DNA of 64,000 nucleotides from Podarcis pityusensis. Its lineage: Eukaryota. Below the pieces are notes generated by a model, which was given only the letters and a program-made list of their open reading frames with translations, did not search any database and was not told the DNA's origin. Of the stretch, positions 51,912-64,000 are shown in pieces. Both the position numbers and the translations under genes were made by a program. Position 1 is the first letter of the stretch; every line of letters starts with the position of its first letter. The DNA is taken from NCBI GenBank assembly GCA_964106645.2, contig OZ067046.1; one strand, given 5' to 3'.

Positions 51912-54900
51912 TACTAGTAGCTAAATGATGCTGGCAGGAAGCACACCTGGCCATTGCTTCCAATTGGTACACAGCAATAAAAACAGAAATATTCCCAGAT
52001 TTTTTGTTGCAGCAGATAAACATGGCTACCCCTGTGCAATTTACAATAGCTACATGCAGAATGAAAAATTTGAACCAGACTATACGGAAAGATAAAAGTT
52101 ATGTGTCATGTACATCTGTACTGATGGCTCCATGTGTCCATACCATTAGTGGCTCAGTGTATGCACTGAATAGGAAGAAAGAATAAAATGGAATTGTAGA
52201 GGACCCAGTGTGGAACATAGGGATGTCTGTAGGCAAGACACAGAAAGGATAAGTGAAAAAGGAAGCCATACATTTGGGAGGTGAATTTAAGGAAAGATGT
52301 GGGAAGGTGGAAGGGAGGAGAAAAACAGCATGGGTACTTCCAGGAGGGTGTTCATTAGGGAATGAGTGTTCATGCACACAAATTTTTCAGTGTTCACATG
52401 ATATCACTGGTGTATCATTTCATTTAGATTTATCTTTTCCACAGAAAATCTAGTACAGTAAGTTAAAAGAACCTGTTGTGAACAACCTGCGTGTGTGAGA
52501 TATCTGAGCAGTCTGTTGGCAATATTAAGTCCCCCATTGGGAAACATCCTAAGTATAGAGGTGGCTTGCTGAAGGGAATATGTGAAATGGAAGACTAGGG
52601 TGGGATTTAACGGGGGAATCTTACAGCATTTATAGAGCTAACTGGTGAGTAGGTAACAGAGAGGAGTATCTGGACTGGAGAAACGGTTAGGTTACAGGAG
52701 GTGGAAGGAGAAGATGTGTAAGAAAAGTCATTAAGTTGTGTTTGAAGACAATGGTACAAAAGGGTTGGAAGGAGTGTGATGGGAGATGGGGGATAAAGAC
52801 TAGACAGGAAGATAATACGATGCTATCATCATCTGCCAATTGGCTTCTCTCTCCTCATTTGCCATGCCTAGGGTCTGTCAGGAGCTCCAGTATAAGAAAT
52901 GGGGGAGAGGAAATGAAAACCATGGCCAAAGGCATTGCAACCAATATTCCAAAACTTACTCTTTGCTCAGAGCAGACCCTCTGAAATTAACAGACCTAAT
53001 TTAGTCGTGTTCATTAATATCAGTAGGTCTATTCTGAGTAAAACATAGTTGAATACCACCCTTACAATAATTAACATAAATTTGGTGGAAGTATAAATAT
53101 AGTTAATACTGTACATTAATAACAGCTCCATACCAAAATAAATACTCAGAGAATAGAAGGGCAAAATTAGGCTTGGTGCGTAACAAACTTGAATCCCATT
53201 TATTTCCCGAGAAAAATGATGTTTGTGGGAGGGTGATGTGCAATGGAAAAGAGACAGAGCATGGCACTTACCCCGTTTTTGAAGTTAAACACATTTCTGT
53301 AACTCTGGTGGGGAAATAGCTCAAGGTAGTTTGATATGGAGCTGAGAAGCAGGCAGAGAAAGGATTATGTAGTGCCTGTTACTTCTCCACTCTGTATCAT
53401 TTCCTCCTGGATGAAATTTTACTATAAAATTTCAAATTTCAATATAAAAATATAGTTGCTTTGCTAGCAAAAGCTCAGACCTTCAAAAAATATGAGCCTG
53501 CCCCCCCCCCAAACACCCCTGAGCCTCACAGCTTCTTAAGAAAATCTCTCAGATGACAATGGTGGAAATAAGACAAATTTTGAATTATATAATTTGTTGG
53601 CTTAGTACTATTAAGAAATTTGACAATAATTGTGGGAGGGCATGGTGGGAATACATTAGGATTCACATAAGATAAAAGATTTCTAATAGCTTCTGTAATC
53701 AACTAAGGTAAGAAACATCAACAAACTGCAGAGTGAAAACAAGCATAGCAACAAGAAGAAAAATTATTCATCTCCATTGTAATTTCTCCAGCAATAAACT
53801 ATTAAAGCTAGCAGGAAAATTCCCATTTACTATTATGTTTTTTTTTAACAACAGGTCTTAATGCAGGCTTTCTAAAATTTAATGCTTTTCATTAGTCTTC
53901 CATTAGAGATATAAGTAGGTATCCCCCTTAGATTATTCATATGCTAGCTCCTGTAGATATGACAGAATAGCTACAGCCTGCAAAAAAGTATATATTAAAT
54001 CCATTTATTCCAATCATCTCCTGTTTAAATCAGCATGAACAGCATGCTCAGTGATTTGATGTTCCTTAATTGGTACTCACTGCACTGTTTTATTACTGAT
54101 TACCCTGTCATAAAGGATTATAGCAGTGACATAATTTTCAATGCAGTATAACAAATTCATATTCATATTAGTTTATTCATGCCCTTTACGAGATATTTTC
54201 ACTTACCATGATCTTTCTTGTCTAGGGCTAGAATAAAAAAGAAAATTACTAACTATCCTGTTTTGCGCACAGCTTTTCAACATGACTGTAAGCTAAGATG
54301 TTATGCTAGGGGTAAAATAATTGACCCGGTATTAAAAATGCCTTTCTACCACTTAAAATGAAATTTAAATAAAACTTTCAGGCAGAGCTGAGACACAAAT
54401 TCCAATGGCTAATTCCATGAAACACAAGCTGGTGAATTCATACTCAGATTTGGGCACAATGACTGATGCACTGGAGAAATTTCATAATTTGTAGCCTTGA
54501 AAACTTACAAAGGTTGTTATGCTCACTGTGCTATGAATATTCTTGGTGATGTTTTGGCAGTAGTTATCACCAGATGTAATTTAGCACCAGAAACCCACTG
54601 CATGATACAGGATTGGGTAGAGAAAGAACAAGTAACGGGAGACTCCTAAGTATATTTCAGCTACCTAAGAGTCACTTAAGGTCCCACCTCTCTAATATTT
54701 GAAATTGAATTTCCTCCTTTGGTTCCAAAGGGGACCCAAAGCCTTATCCTGGTCCTCTGAAACACCCCACCCCCACCCCAAACCACTCTAACATATTTTG
54801 CTTCACCAATATCAGAGCTCCAACACTGCTAGGGCCACAGAAGTTGCTACAGAGGTGGAGAGGGAGCTATATTGGGTCTCCAATACTGAAGTTATCTGCT

Positions 54901-54971
54901 TGATGTATTCTGTGACCCCAGGTCAAAGGATTGCAGACACAGAGATTACTCTTAGAGCTAACTAGGAAATA

Positions 54972-55156
54972 CAGTCATACCTTGGAAGTTGAATGGAATT
55001 CGTTCTGGAAGTCTGATAGGCTGCAGGAGCATCCTGCAAGCCAATCAGAAGTCACACTGGACATTCGGCTTCCGAAAATCGTTCAAAAACTGGGACACTC
55101 ACTTCCAGGTTTTGATCATTCGGGAGCTGAATTGTTTGGGAGCCAAGGTATGGCTG
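54972..55156. mobile_element. Tc1/mariner MITE, 185 bp
   Basis: TIR CAG(T/C)CATACCTTGG, TA on both sides. Confidence 0.8.
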
Positions 55157-57822
55157 TAAATGCTTAGGAAGTGTGGTGGTAAGGATTTTGCTTTGCGACT
55201 GAAGGCAAATAGGCCAGCAAAGCTGTTTAAGACTTGAGCATTAGTTTTGTGATGAATCATTAAATAAACCATTATTGAAAATTAATTACTATATTTCATT
55301 AACCTTGTAGTAGCCTTACAATTAATGCCATTTGGGACTTTACCAGAAAGGATGGAGGCAGTCTCCTTGTGACATTTCTACTTAATGCCCAAAGAGTCAT
55401 GAAACCAATTATCATAAAGGAAGGAAAAGAAAGAAAATAAGTCAAGCTTTCTTCAAAAGAAACGTAACGACCTGCTTAAATTGGTGTGGACATCCATGAA
55501 CATGTTTTTCCAGTGCAATCTGCATGAATGTCAAAACATTCAGAAAACTAGGAAGCTGATATCAGTATACCCTAACATGACTGCAGAGTCACTCTGTGGT
55601 AGAAAAATGTGCAAGCATGTAGCAGTAGCTAGGCTTAGTTATGCGATCTTTCATAAGCTCCACACAGGCCTGAATTGAAACTATTTGTCTACATTAATTG
55701 TAATTAGTGTCACATTGCTGCAAATTCAGTCACATAATATCTTCAGTTTCACATGCAATACCTAATATTTTCAGAACTGACAGATGGTATTTCTGTTTTC
55801 CCAAGTCTTCTCTTTTATTATCAAAATACTGTCATTTTCTGAAGTGTTCAAAGTTCTGTGCTGACAGAGGCCTTTATTTCTTCCCACAGAGAATGCTTAC
55901 TCTTCACTTTCTAATTCTGCAGAAGTAAGAATAATTCTGAATTTGAACCTACAATTGTAATAGATTGCACTTTTTCTTGCATAGCTTGTAGAGTGCCAGA
56001 CCAGCTGTATTCTTTGAACATTTTGTCCTCTCGTATATCTATCAATTTCCTGTGCAATAGCTGCTACTAACTTCAATGTGTTCACAGCACGTCTGCAATT
56101 TTAAAACTTACAAACTTCCTTCGTGCAGGCTTTTTTTAAAAAAACTACTTGTGTAAAGTTCTATGTTCCCCATTTAAATTTGGTAAGAGCATTTATGTTT
56201 TTATTGTAACATTTCAAATAGGATTAGAGTAGACTTTGGACTACTTAACTGCTAATTAGCTATCAGTATGAAGGCAGCTAAGTGCTATTTATGTGCCTTG
56301 TTAAAACCATGTAAAATCATATATGTACATGGTTCCATGGCACAGAATGCCTGTCTTATTTATAGTGCCATTTAAAACTAGCTTTTAAAATCTCGCCATT
56401 ACTCACACCATTTTTTGATGTTAACGTGCAAGAGAACAAACTTCCAGCAGCTTCATCTAGCAAGATATATCTAGTGACAAACAATAGGCTGCTTGAGAAG
56501 CTACATGTTCTGTTGCATTAGGTTCTGAACCAGCAGTAGCTCACTATTCTAAAGTCAGTCTGTGCTTTCAGTTTCAAATAGTCTTCCCTGGAGCCATAAC
56601 CTTTAAAAAGCCCCCTAGTCACCCAGCTTTGCCTTCTTGCCCCACAGACTTGACAAGTACACAATCTCTGCACTTCCATGAGCCCAACAATTCAGTACAA
56701 ATAATCCTGACTTTCCCTCCCAATTGATGGGAGGCGCAAAAAACAGGATTAAAGTAATCCAGACTAGTCTGCTACTAGATGTCTCCAACTGCCTTCTGCC
56801 TAGCTCCACAAATCCAAAGGTCAATTCATTCTAAACAGCTTAGCCTTCTTGTAGGAAACAGAGAACTCAGGGAAGTCCCAGTTAACTATTCATGTCTCCT
56901 TAAGTTGGTTTTCCTCATACGCTGAGATGCATTCCACTAATGATATGCTTAGTGCCCCCATCCATTTGAGACTAGGTTAAAATATACATGTCTCCCAGCC
57001 AGGTTAAAATATCACCAAAGCCTAACTCCATCTCTTCTCTGAATGCTTAATGGCGTACACTCACATTTATACCACTTACTTTGAACCACATGAATATGTA
57101 TATAAATATTAATTTTGGACAGAACGATCATTGTTTCCACACCATAACAATTAAACAGCTGTAATGCCTCTCGTGAGTTAAGTGTTTGAGCTGCAGGCAA
57201 GTTCTTTAAACAGATGGTCTTACTCACCCATATTTAACGTTACAGATTTATTTCAAAAGGGCTGTTGACAAATCAGAATGCAGCTGAATTTTAATGCAGG
57301 TTTTCTAATTTGCAATGTAAATTACCTAACAATAATAATGTGTATAGAAAGAAAAAATTATGAAGCTTTTTAATTGGAGCCACTAATACAACACTTGAAT
57401 ATAGTAGATTCCTACCAACGTAATTATTTGCTAATTCCATTCGACTAAATGCGTTTAATGGCAAAGCAGCTGGTGAAGCATTCACTTTTATAGTGTTCCT
57501 ATCACAGTTATTTAATTTACCCAAGATAAGTGTCAGCTAAATTGCAAAAACAATAGCCTATCGCTAACAATCTCCCTTCCAACTTTACACTCTTGCTTAG
57601 TTGGGTATGAATCAATGCAACTTACATGGACCTAAAGTTAAGCACACAACTCTGCATTTAGTTATAAGCTGATCTCATTGATACTTCAACACATGTCCAA
57701 TTGCATCCTATAATTATTTTAGAAAGAGAACTTAATTTACTTTATTCTGAAATAGTCAGGGCTGGTCCACCCATTAGCCACAGTGAGACCTTTGTCTCAG
57801 GCAGATGGAGAGGGCCTGTCAA

Positions 57823-57866
<44 letters not shown>

Positions 57867-57872
57867 TGTGTG
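57823..57872. repeat. Compound (TC)n(TG)n microsatellite
   Basis: Read directly from the sequence. Confidence 0.95.
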
Positions 57873-58018
57873 TCCCAGCCCAGACACACTCTCAGTGCCA
57901 TTTCGCCACTGACTGTGGGTCAGTGCTGCCACCAGCTCCCCCCTCCCTCCACTGTCTGCTACGGAGTGTGAAGCTGCAGCAAAGCTCTCAGCAGCAATTC
58001 TTACAGGGCTCTCTAGAT

Positions 58019-58153
58019 CAGTGTTTCCCAATCTTGATTCTCTACCTGTTTTTGGACTACAATTCCCATCATCCTGGCCACTGGTCTTGCTAGGTAGGGA
58101 TGATGGGAGTTGTAGTTCAAAAACAGCTGGAGACCCAAGGTTGGGAAACACTG
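58019..58153. mobile_element. hAT MITE, 135 bp, almost fully palindromic
   Basis: TIR CAGTGTTTCCCAA; perfect 8 bp TSD CTCTAGAT. Confidence 0.92.
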
Positions 58154-59217
58154 CTCTAGATAACCTATGCCTCACTTTGAAGAACAGTTCCTCCTCAGAG
58201 TGAGTCATTGTGGATAAAGTGGTCTCTGAGAGTGCCTGCATGATCCCTGCATTGCCATGGCGAATGCAGCCTAAAGTTAAAAATGTATTTATTGCTATGG
58301 CAACAAAGCAGCACAAGACTTTGTCAGATGAGATGACTCTGGTCAGCCTTGGCACACTTGTGTTGCTATTGATGATGTAGTGGCAAAAGCAACAGCAACA
58401 GGTCAACATGCTGGGGCAGTGGCAGCTGCCAGTATGCCTCAGGTGGCAGAAAGTATTGCACTAGCCCTGTAAATGGGATACAAAAGCATATAAATACCAC
58501 AAAATGCTAGTGACCGAATCCAGTATCTGCATTATGTTCAACAGAACAACTCAATCTACATACATTAACTGAAACAGCAATACAGAATGGGTCCCTCCAT
58601 TCAAAACATTACAGCATTCTTTGAATTGTACAATGTACTTTATCAGTAAGTTTTGTTGAGCAGGTTTTGGCGCAGTGATGGAGAACTTGTAGCTTTCCAG
58701 AAGCTATTGGAACTCCAGCTCCAGCTTCCGATAGCCAAGGATATTAAAAATTGTGGCTGCATCAACATCTTGAAAGCTGTAAATTCATTGTGTCTATTTT
58801 AGTGCCTGATTCTCAGTTCCAAATGGACCAGCGTTATAGAGAGTTATCTTTCCATGAAGGCAATCTTAAGTGGGACCAGTAAGGAGCAGAGTGGTCAGTC
58901 CACTGTCATATCCCAAGTACAGCCAGCTCTTACCCATTTTTCTTTGCTATCCTAGTTCTAGGTTGACAAAGATGAAAGGTCAAAAGATCGAGCCACTGGG
59001 AGACAACTGCTGCCCAGCCTTGGGCCCATTTCAAAGTTTGCTGCTTGCTGGGCTGGGTGTGTAATGCGTGTCATCCTTAGTCTCAGTGTTACACCTGTAG
59101 AACTCAGCAAGGAGGATGAGAAGAACAAACCAATAATAAGTTGGCTCTGCCCATCATTGTCTCTGGCACCACTTACTGCCTGGGCTTCCCACCTTCTGCC
59201 CTACCTGTCCCAATGAG

Positions 59218-59264
59218 CACCAACCTCATTATTATTTGTTACACCAACCTCATTATTATTTGTT
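59218..59264. repeat. 24 bp tandem duplication (CACCAACCTCATTATTATTTGTT x2)
   Basis: Read directly from the sequence. Confidence 0.9.
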
Positions 59265-62200
59265 GCTGCTGTATTAAAACTAGGTTAACATCTCAACAGT
59301 TACAGAGCACTGGTTTCCAATGCCTCCCACGTCTCCACTCAGTAGGAGAAGGCTGATAAGACAGATGAGCTCCAGGCCAGTCTGAATTGATGTGTGTAGA
59401 TAAGCTTTGGACTTGAAAACAAGGAGAGGTTCTGCTCAATTTTACTGAATGTATGCTCACAAGGGTTCACACAGCTATTTGTGCACACAGCTATCAACTT
59501 GGTAACATGTGAAAAGCTTGCAGTTCTCCTGGCATATAACTCTGAACAATGGACAAGTTCTCAACTTTGGAGAGCGAGGAAGTGTATGCTGATCATATTA
59601 GTGAGAAGTAAAGTTCTACGATGTGCAAGCCATCAATAAACATAGGTTTAAGGAAGCACCTGATGCAAGTTTCCACTGAGAACTTCTATTAGTTTTTTAA
59701 AATGTTTCATTTCTTTCCCACCTAATTTTCAATTACTCTTTCTATTTGTATTCAACAGGGCACATATCTAGAAGCCCCCCAAAAATCCCATCTCTCCAGT
59801 TTAAGGAAAGGTAGTCCTTTGAGGTGTTCTCTGCTAATAGTGCTTTAAACACCAAGCTGTTTATTGAGTTACATTGATTTCCATGTAGATGCAGGCAATT
59901 CAAATGGAAATCTGGCCTAGGGGAAATCCTAATTCCTTTAAGCTACGAAATACCTGCTATTTGTTTTTATTTCTTCACTACATTGGAAAGCAAGATCATT
60001 AATGATCACAAAGACATGCTTTGTTCAGAAAGAAAAATGTAGGCAAGCTGGTCAGCGCACCTCTATTAAACACCAAGGCTGATGTGAGATTAGGAAGCCA
60101 ATCAGTGAAAATTTGAAAATGAAACACTAACAGCTGGGGAATTAGCTGTTAAACACTACATACAAGACTAAAACATTGAAATCTGGACAGAATTTCAGTC
60201 TTGCACCTTGTATCTTGTTTTATTAAGCATCATGACTGTACGACTAGTATTGCTGTACAAACTCACATGGTGCAATTATTATGGTGCATTGTGTTATTTC
60301 CAGTCTTTTTTCTTTTGAACCCTTTAATAAGATTACAAAGACCCTCAGAAATATAGGTGGTGTAAGTTATTCCTCTTGACAATTATTGCAGACTCCTTTT
60401 TCTACTGCTATTGGATAGTGATCACAGACTTACTGGGAGTACCACAAAGGCTGGGTGCAATACACTTTGCATTATTGTCATTATGCAGGTTTTATTTTTC
60501 TCTAACATTATTTTATCTGTACTAACAGAAGGTTGGATCCAAAATACTAATTCTGTTGGGGGAAAGCTGTTTTCATTGGAAGAATGGAATCTTGAGATCC
60601 AACTCATTGGTTCTACCCATTTCTCCTTTCAAGCTTTTTATCATTGTATTTATTTATACACACAGCTCCCGTTTACCAAACACAGTATATGCTCTATGGA
60701 AATTGTTCATTAGGCGAGCATTTGCATAACGAGTCCACAATTTCCATTGATTCCTAGGGGAACATTTGTAATTGGGGATTTGTCAGATCTGTCTCCATGG
60801 TTTCTTCCCAAAATGGCTGCAGCCAATCAGCATGTCTCTCACAAAGAACAAAAACTGATCTGTCTGATCTCTCCTGCTCTCTAATTTGTCTGATCTTGTT
60901 CCCTCCCTCTCTGCACAGTTTCTGTCCAAAAATGTCTGCAGCCAAACATCAAAGCACAAACAAACAAGAAAGTAGGCAGACACCCGATGTTCAGATATCT
61001 GAACCTGCAGAGTGTACGGCAAGGTTTGGGCATAATTCTTTATATTCAGATAAGTTAATTTTTGCATAGCGAGTGGATAGCAGGACCTGCATGTTTAAGA
61101 AATTATAGTTTACTCTTGTAACATACATACATGCATGCATATATTATACAAGACAGCTTTTATGTGTTGTTGCCATCAATAAATACACTCTAGCACCAAT
61201 ATTAAAGCAATAAGTTTGGTATTCTGTAAGTTTAAAATTGGTAAATGGAATTTCAAAGTATACTTATAATAAAATTAATCCATTTTGGCATAGGTATTCT
61301 CATAGCTGCAAGCTGCAATTCTGTCCCCATCCATTAGGGTTTAAAGAGATTGGTGAGATTGAAAGTTATTGGGAACCATGACTATGTATAAGGGGAAACT
61401 GGATATATATGGGATTAGAACTGTTGCTGAATTAGTCAGTCATTGCAGGAAAATGGAAGCCCTACCCAAACCACTTGAATGTTTAAAAGCTTAACAAATA
61501 TCCAAAACAACGAGTGTATTATTGCAAAAGCAGTAATGCAATAAATACACGGGCAACACATAGTTTTGAAATCTAGTCGAACCCCCTGCCTTCCCAATGC
61601 TGATGGAAAAAAAACCCTGTTGTGTCTAATACATTGGAAAAAAATGTGCAAGAACAGTTCATCCATATATAATTGTAATCCATGTAGGTCGGTGAGGCCA
61701 ACAGAAGAGTGATTTGCTGAATAATTACAAGCTGACAAGCTAAAGCTTAGCGATAGGCTTTGTCTCCCACATCCATTTTACCATAGACTTTAAAAGGAGC
61801 AGGAAATATGGAAACAAATGTGAAGGATCACTATGAAAAGTCTTCCTTCATTTGTCCTCTTTGTGATCTTTAATGACTTATCATGGATCCAACTTAGTTA
61901 GATAGCAAAGGTTATTTGGTCTAAGACTGGTTTCTGAAAAGAAACATAACAGAATTCTAAGGAAGAAAATTTTAAGAAAGAAAAAAGGCATCTTTCTTTT
62001 ATATCCATATAATATGCAGGATGTAAAGGAAAAATGAGTCGTGTACTACAAAAACACAGGGCCTCTGCTCTTGCTTGCAAAAAAGCAAACAAACCTATGA
62101 ATGGAAGTGCTGAAAGTCAGCAAGTTGCTCAATTTGTCGAAACAGAAGCTTTGTGGAAATGTTAAATAATTCATTATGCCTGCTAACAAAACTCAACAAA

Positions 62201-62671
62201 AATTATTTCAGGGTGCTAGATTTCCTGGCAAACAAACCAGCTTTTATGTTCATGTACAATGTTTCTTTAGTTTCCTTTGTTAATAAAGGTGAAATGAGAT
62301 GCACGACTACAAGCTAAAATCAGAAAAGCTGGTAGAAATGAACTGATTTATCCAATAATTAGGAAGAATACTAAGATAGTTATCATTGGAGTCAGTGAAC
62401 TTATGTGTAGAGAAAACCAAGAAAAAATTGAATAGAGATTCTTGCCCCTTCCATCTGGGGTGAGATAGCTATAAAGGATTGATGATCCATCATATAATCA
62501 TTTCTTCTTCTTTTTTTAAAGTAACAATTTCTTTACACAAACTGATAAGTGAAAATCTTCCATTTGAAGGAACAGGCTTCAAAGTGCTAAATTTCTGATT
62601 CAGACAAGGTCAGGACCTCTGGCTTTTTAAGTTCAGTATTGAAGAATAATATTAAAGCACAGTTAGCCTAC

Positions 62672-62857
62672 CAATCGTGCAGTGCTCGCCATTCCAGCCT
62701 TGGCTGCATTCACACTTCCCATCTTTACATGTTCCATGTTCAGCACACCGAGGGTGACATGCTCTCTGACTGCAGGATGGGCCAGTCCAGCCTTCTTCAC
62801 AACGACAAGTTCCACCCATGCAGACGCCATGTGTGCCACAGTCAACAGAACAGATTT
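62672..62857 (-). CDS. TENM3: Teneurin-3 internal exon, EGF-like repeats ([11 protein letters not shown]...GEHCTI), 186 nt
   Basis: Cys-spaced EGF peptide matching recalled vertebrate TENM3; acceptor tgcag|AA, donor ATTG|gtaggc; phase 1-1. Confidence 0.96.
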
Positions 62858-64000
62858 CTGCATCAGAAATAAACAGCAGGAGATAGGATGATGGGGTTGG
62901 GGTGGGGGTGAGAAAGAACACAATAATTAGCCAAATTCCTGATCCAACCTGATCACAGAGAAAGGCAAACCCTTTGAAAATGTAATTTAAAAAGTTACTA
63001 TAAAAGCATTTTCAGGAAGCTCTCAAGAGGTTGGGGAATCTACATCTTAGCTAATGCTCTATTAGTTGCCCAGGAGATTTAGTGATGTCTATCTACCACA
63101 GCTTTTCTTCAGTTAGCTTTGAGTATTTTAAAATTAGATTTCCTAATCACATATATCTTAAGACTCACCTGTTCTTACACATATGAGGATTTATGTAATA
63201 TTCTTACTGAGCATTGAGATCATATGCACTGAAAACTAATAGTAGCTACAGCAGAAAATCTTGCTTTAACCCACAGAAAAATAAAGATACAACAATATCA
63301 TGTTAATGTTTTGATTCTACAAGTGTTAAGCCTGAAGTCTTCCATCAAGGGAGTAAAAACAGCTATTCCTTTTGTCTATTTCCGTTCTATGATCTCCAGC
63401 ACTTCTGTTCCTGAAATTGTCAGTCTAATGTATTATTTAATGTAACCATGAAATTAAGTGTTTCCATTCTTGAAATCCTCATGATTGTTGAAAGAAAGGG
63501 CACTGAGATAAATCTCTTTCCTACTCTCTGCCCTATTGTGGCAACTTAATGTAACTACACTCCCAAGTCCACAAGTAAGTATAGTTATTGTGTGGAACAT
63601 TAACACAAGATGGATGCATTTTGTATGTGTGTGTCTATCCTTGAGCCCAAAATATCGTGTGTTCTGACTGGGTAGTTTTGGCATAGGCATTGGGAGTGAA
63701 TCCAGAACCATCCAACCTGACTGCTGGATGACTGATTGGCAGGGTCACCTCTGGGTTAAGGATCACCCTATGACCTACATCTGGACATCTGGACACAAGC
63801 ACTGCCCCTAGGACCCCTCTAACAGAGTACCCTGATCCACTGGAGTGGGGGGGTGGGACTTCCAATCTCCTTCCTGCTTAGACTAAGGATCCAACCCAAT
63901 GCCCTAACTGCCAGATTGGTTGTGACAATTGCTATGTGGTAGGCAAAAACCCCCAAACAGGATCAACTGACCATTTAACCCATTATTTACAGCAGGGGTG

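Noticed and set aside
939-62857. Assignment to TENM1, TENM2 or TENM4
   Set aside because: Peptides such as [30 protein letters not shown] and [15 protein letters not shown] match recalled TENM3; reciprocal BLASTP would confirm
13-63865. The many 60-200 aa ORFs in the track outside TENM3 exons
   Set aside because: Intronic, low-complexity or repeat-derived, often with non-ATG starts; no recognisable domains apart from the L2 remnants

Overview
Vertebrate genomic DNA. The SINE content (Sauria SINE, Squam3-like) suggests a squamate, probably a lacertid lizard; this is an inference. The whole 64 kb lies inside one minus-strand gene, teneurin-3 (TENM3). I resolved 16 internal coding exons between 62857 and 939, totalling 3335 nt in one continuous, phase-consistent frame. 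They run from the late EGF repeats through the Ig-like/FN-plug region and NHL beta-propeller into the start of the YD shell; the start and stop codons lie outside the window. Three exons are microexons: site A 27 nt AHYLDKIVK, site A 18/21 nt (A)DKIGYK with a NAGNAG acceptor, and site B 21 nt NKDFRHS. One intron is GC-AG. The introns hold Sauria SINEs (including a double insertion with three copies of one target duplication), other SINEs, hAT and Tc1/mariner MITEs, L2 and CR1 fragments, LTR-like pieces, and a young-looking 1.7 kb ORF-less poly(A) retroposon with a perfect 12 bp TSD. There is also a 260-N assembly gap and two candidate enhancer motif clusters. I found no convincing wholly new biological system. 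The most unusual items are the unclassified retroposon, the re-targeted SINE site and the splicing features.
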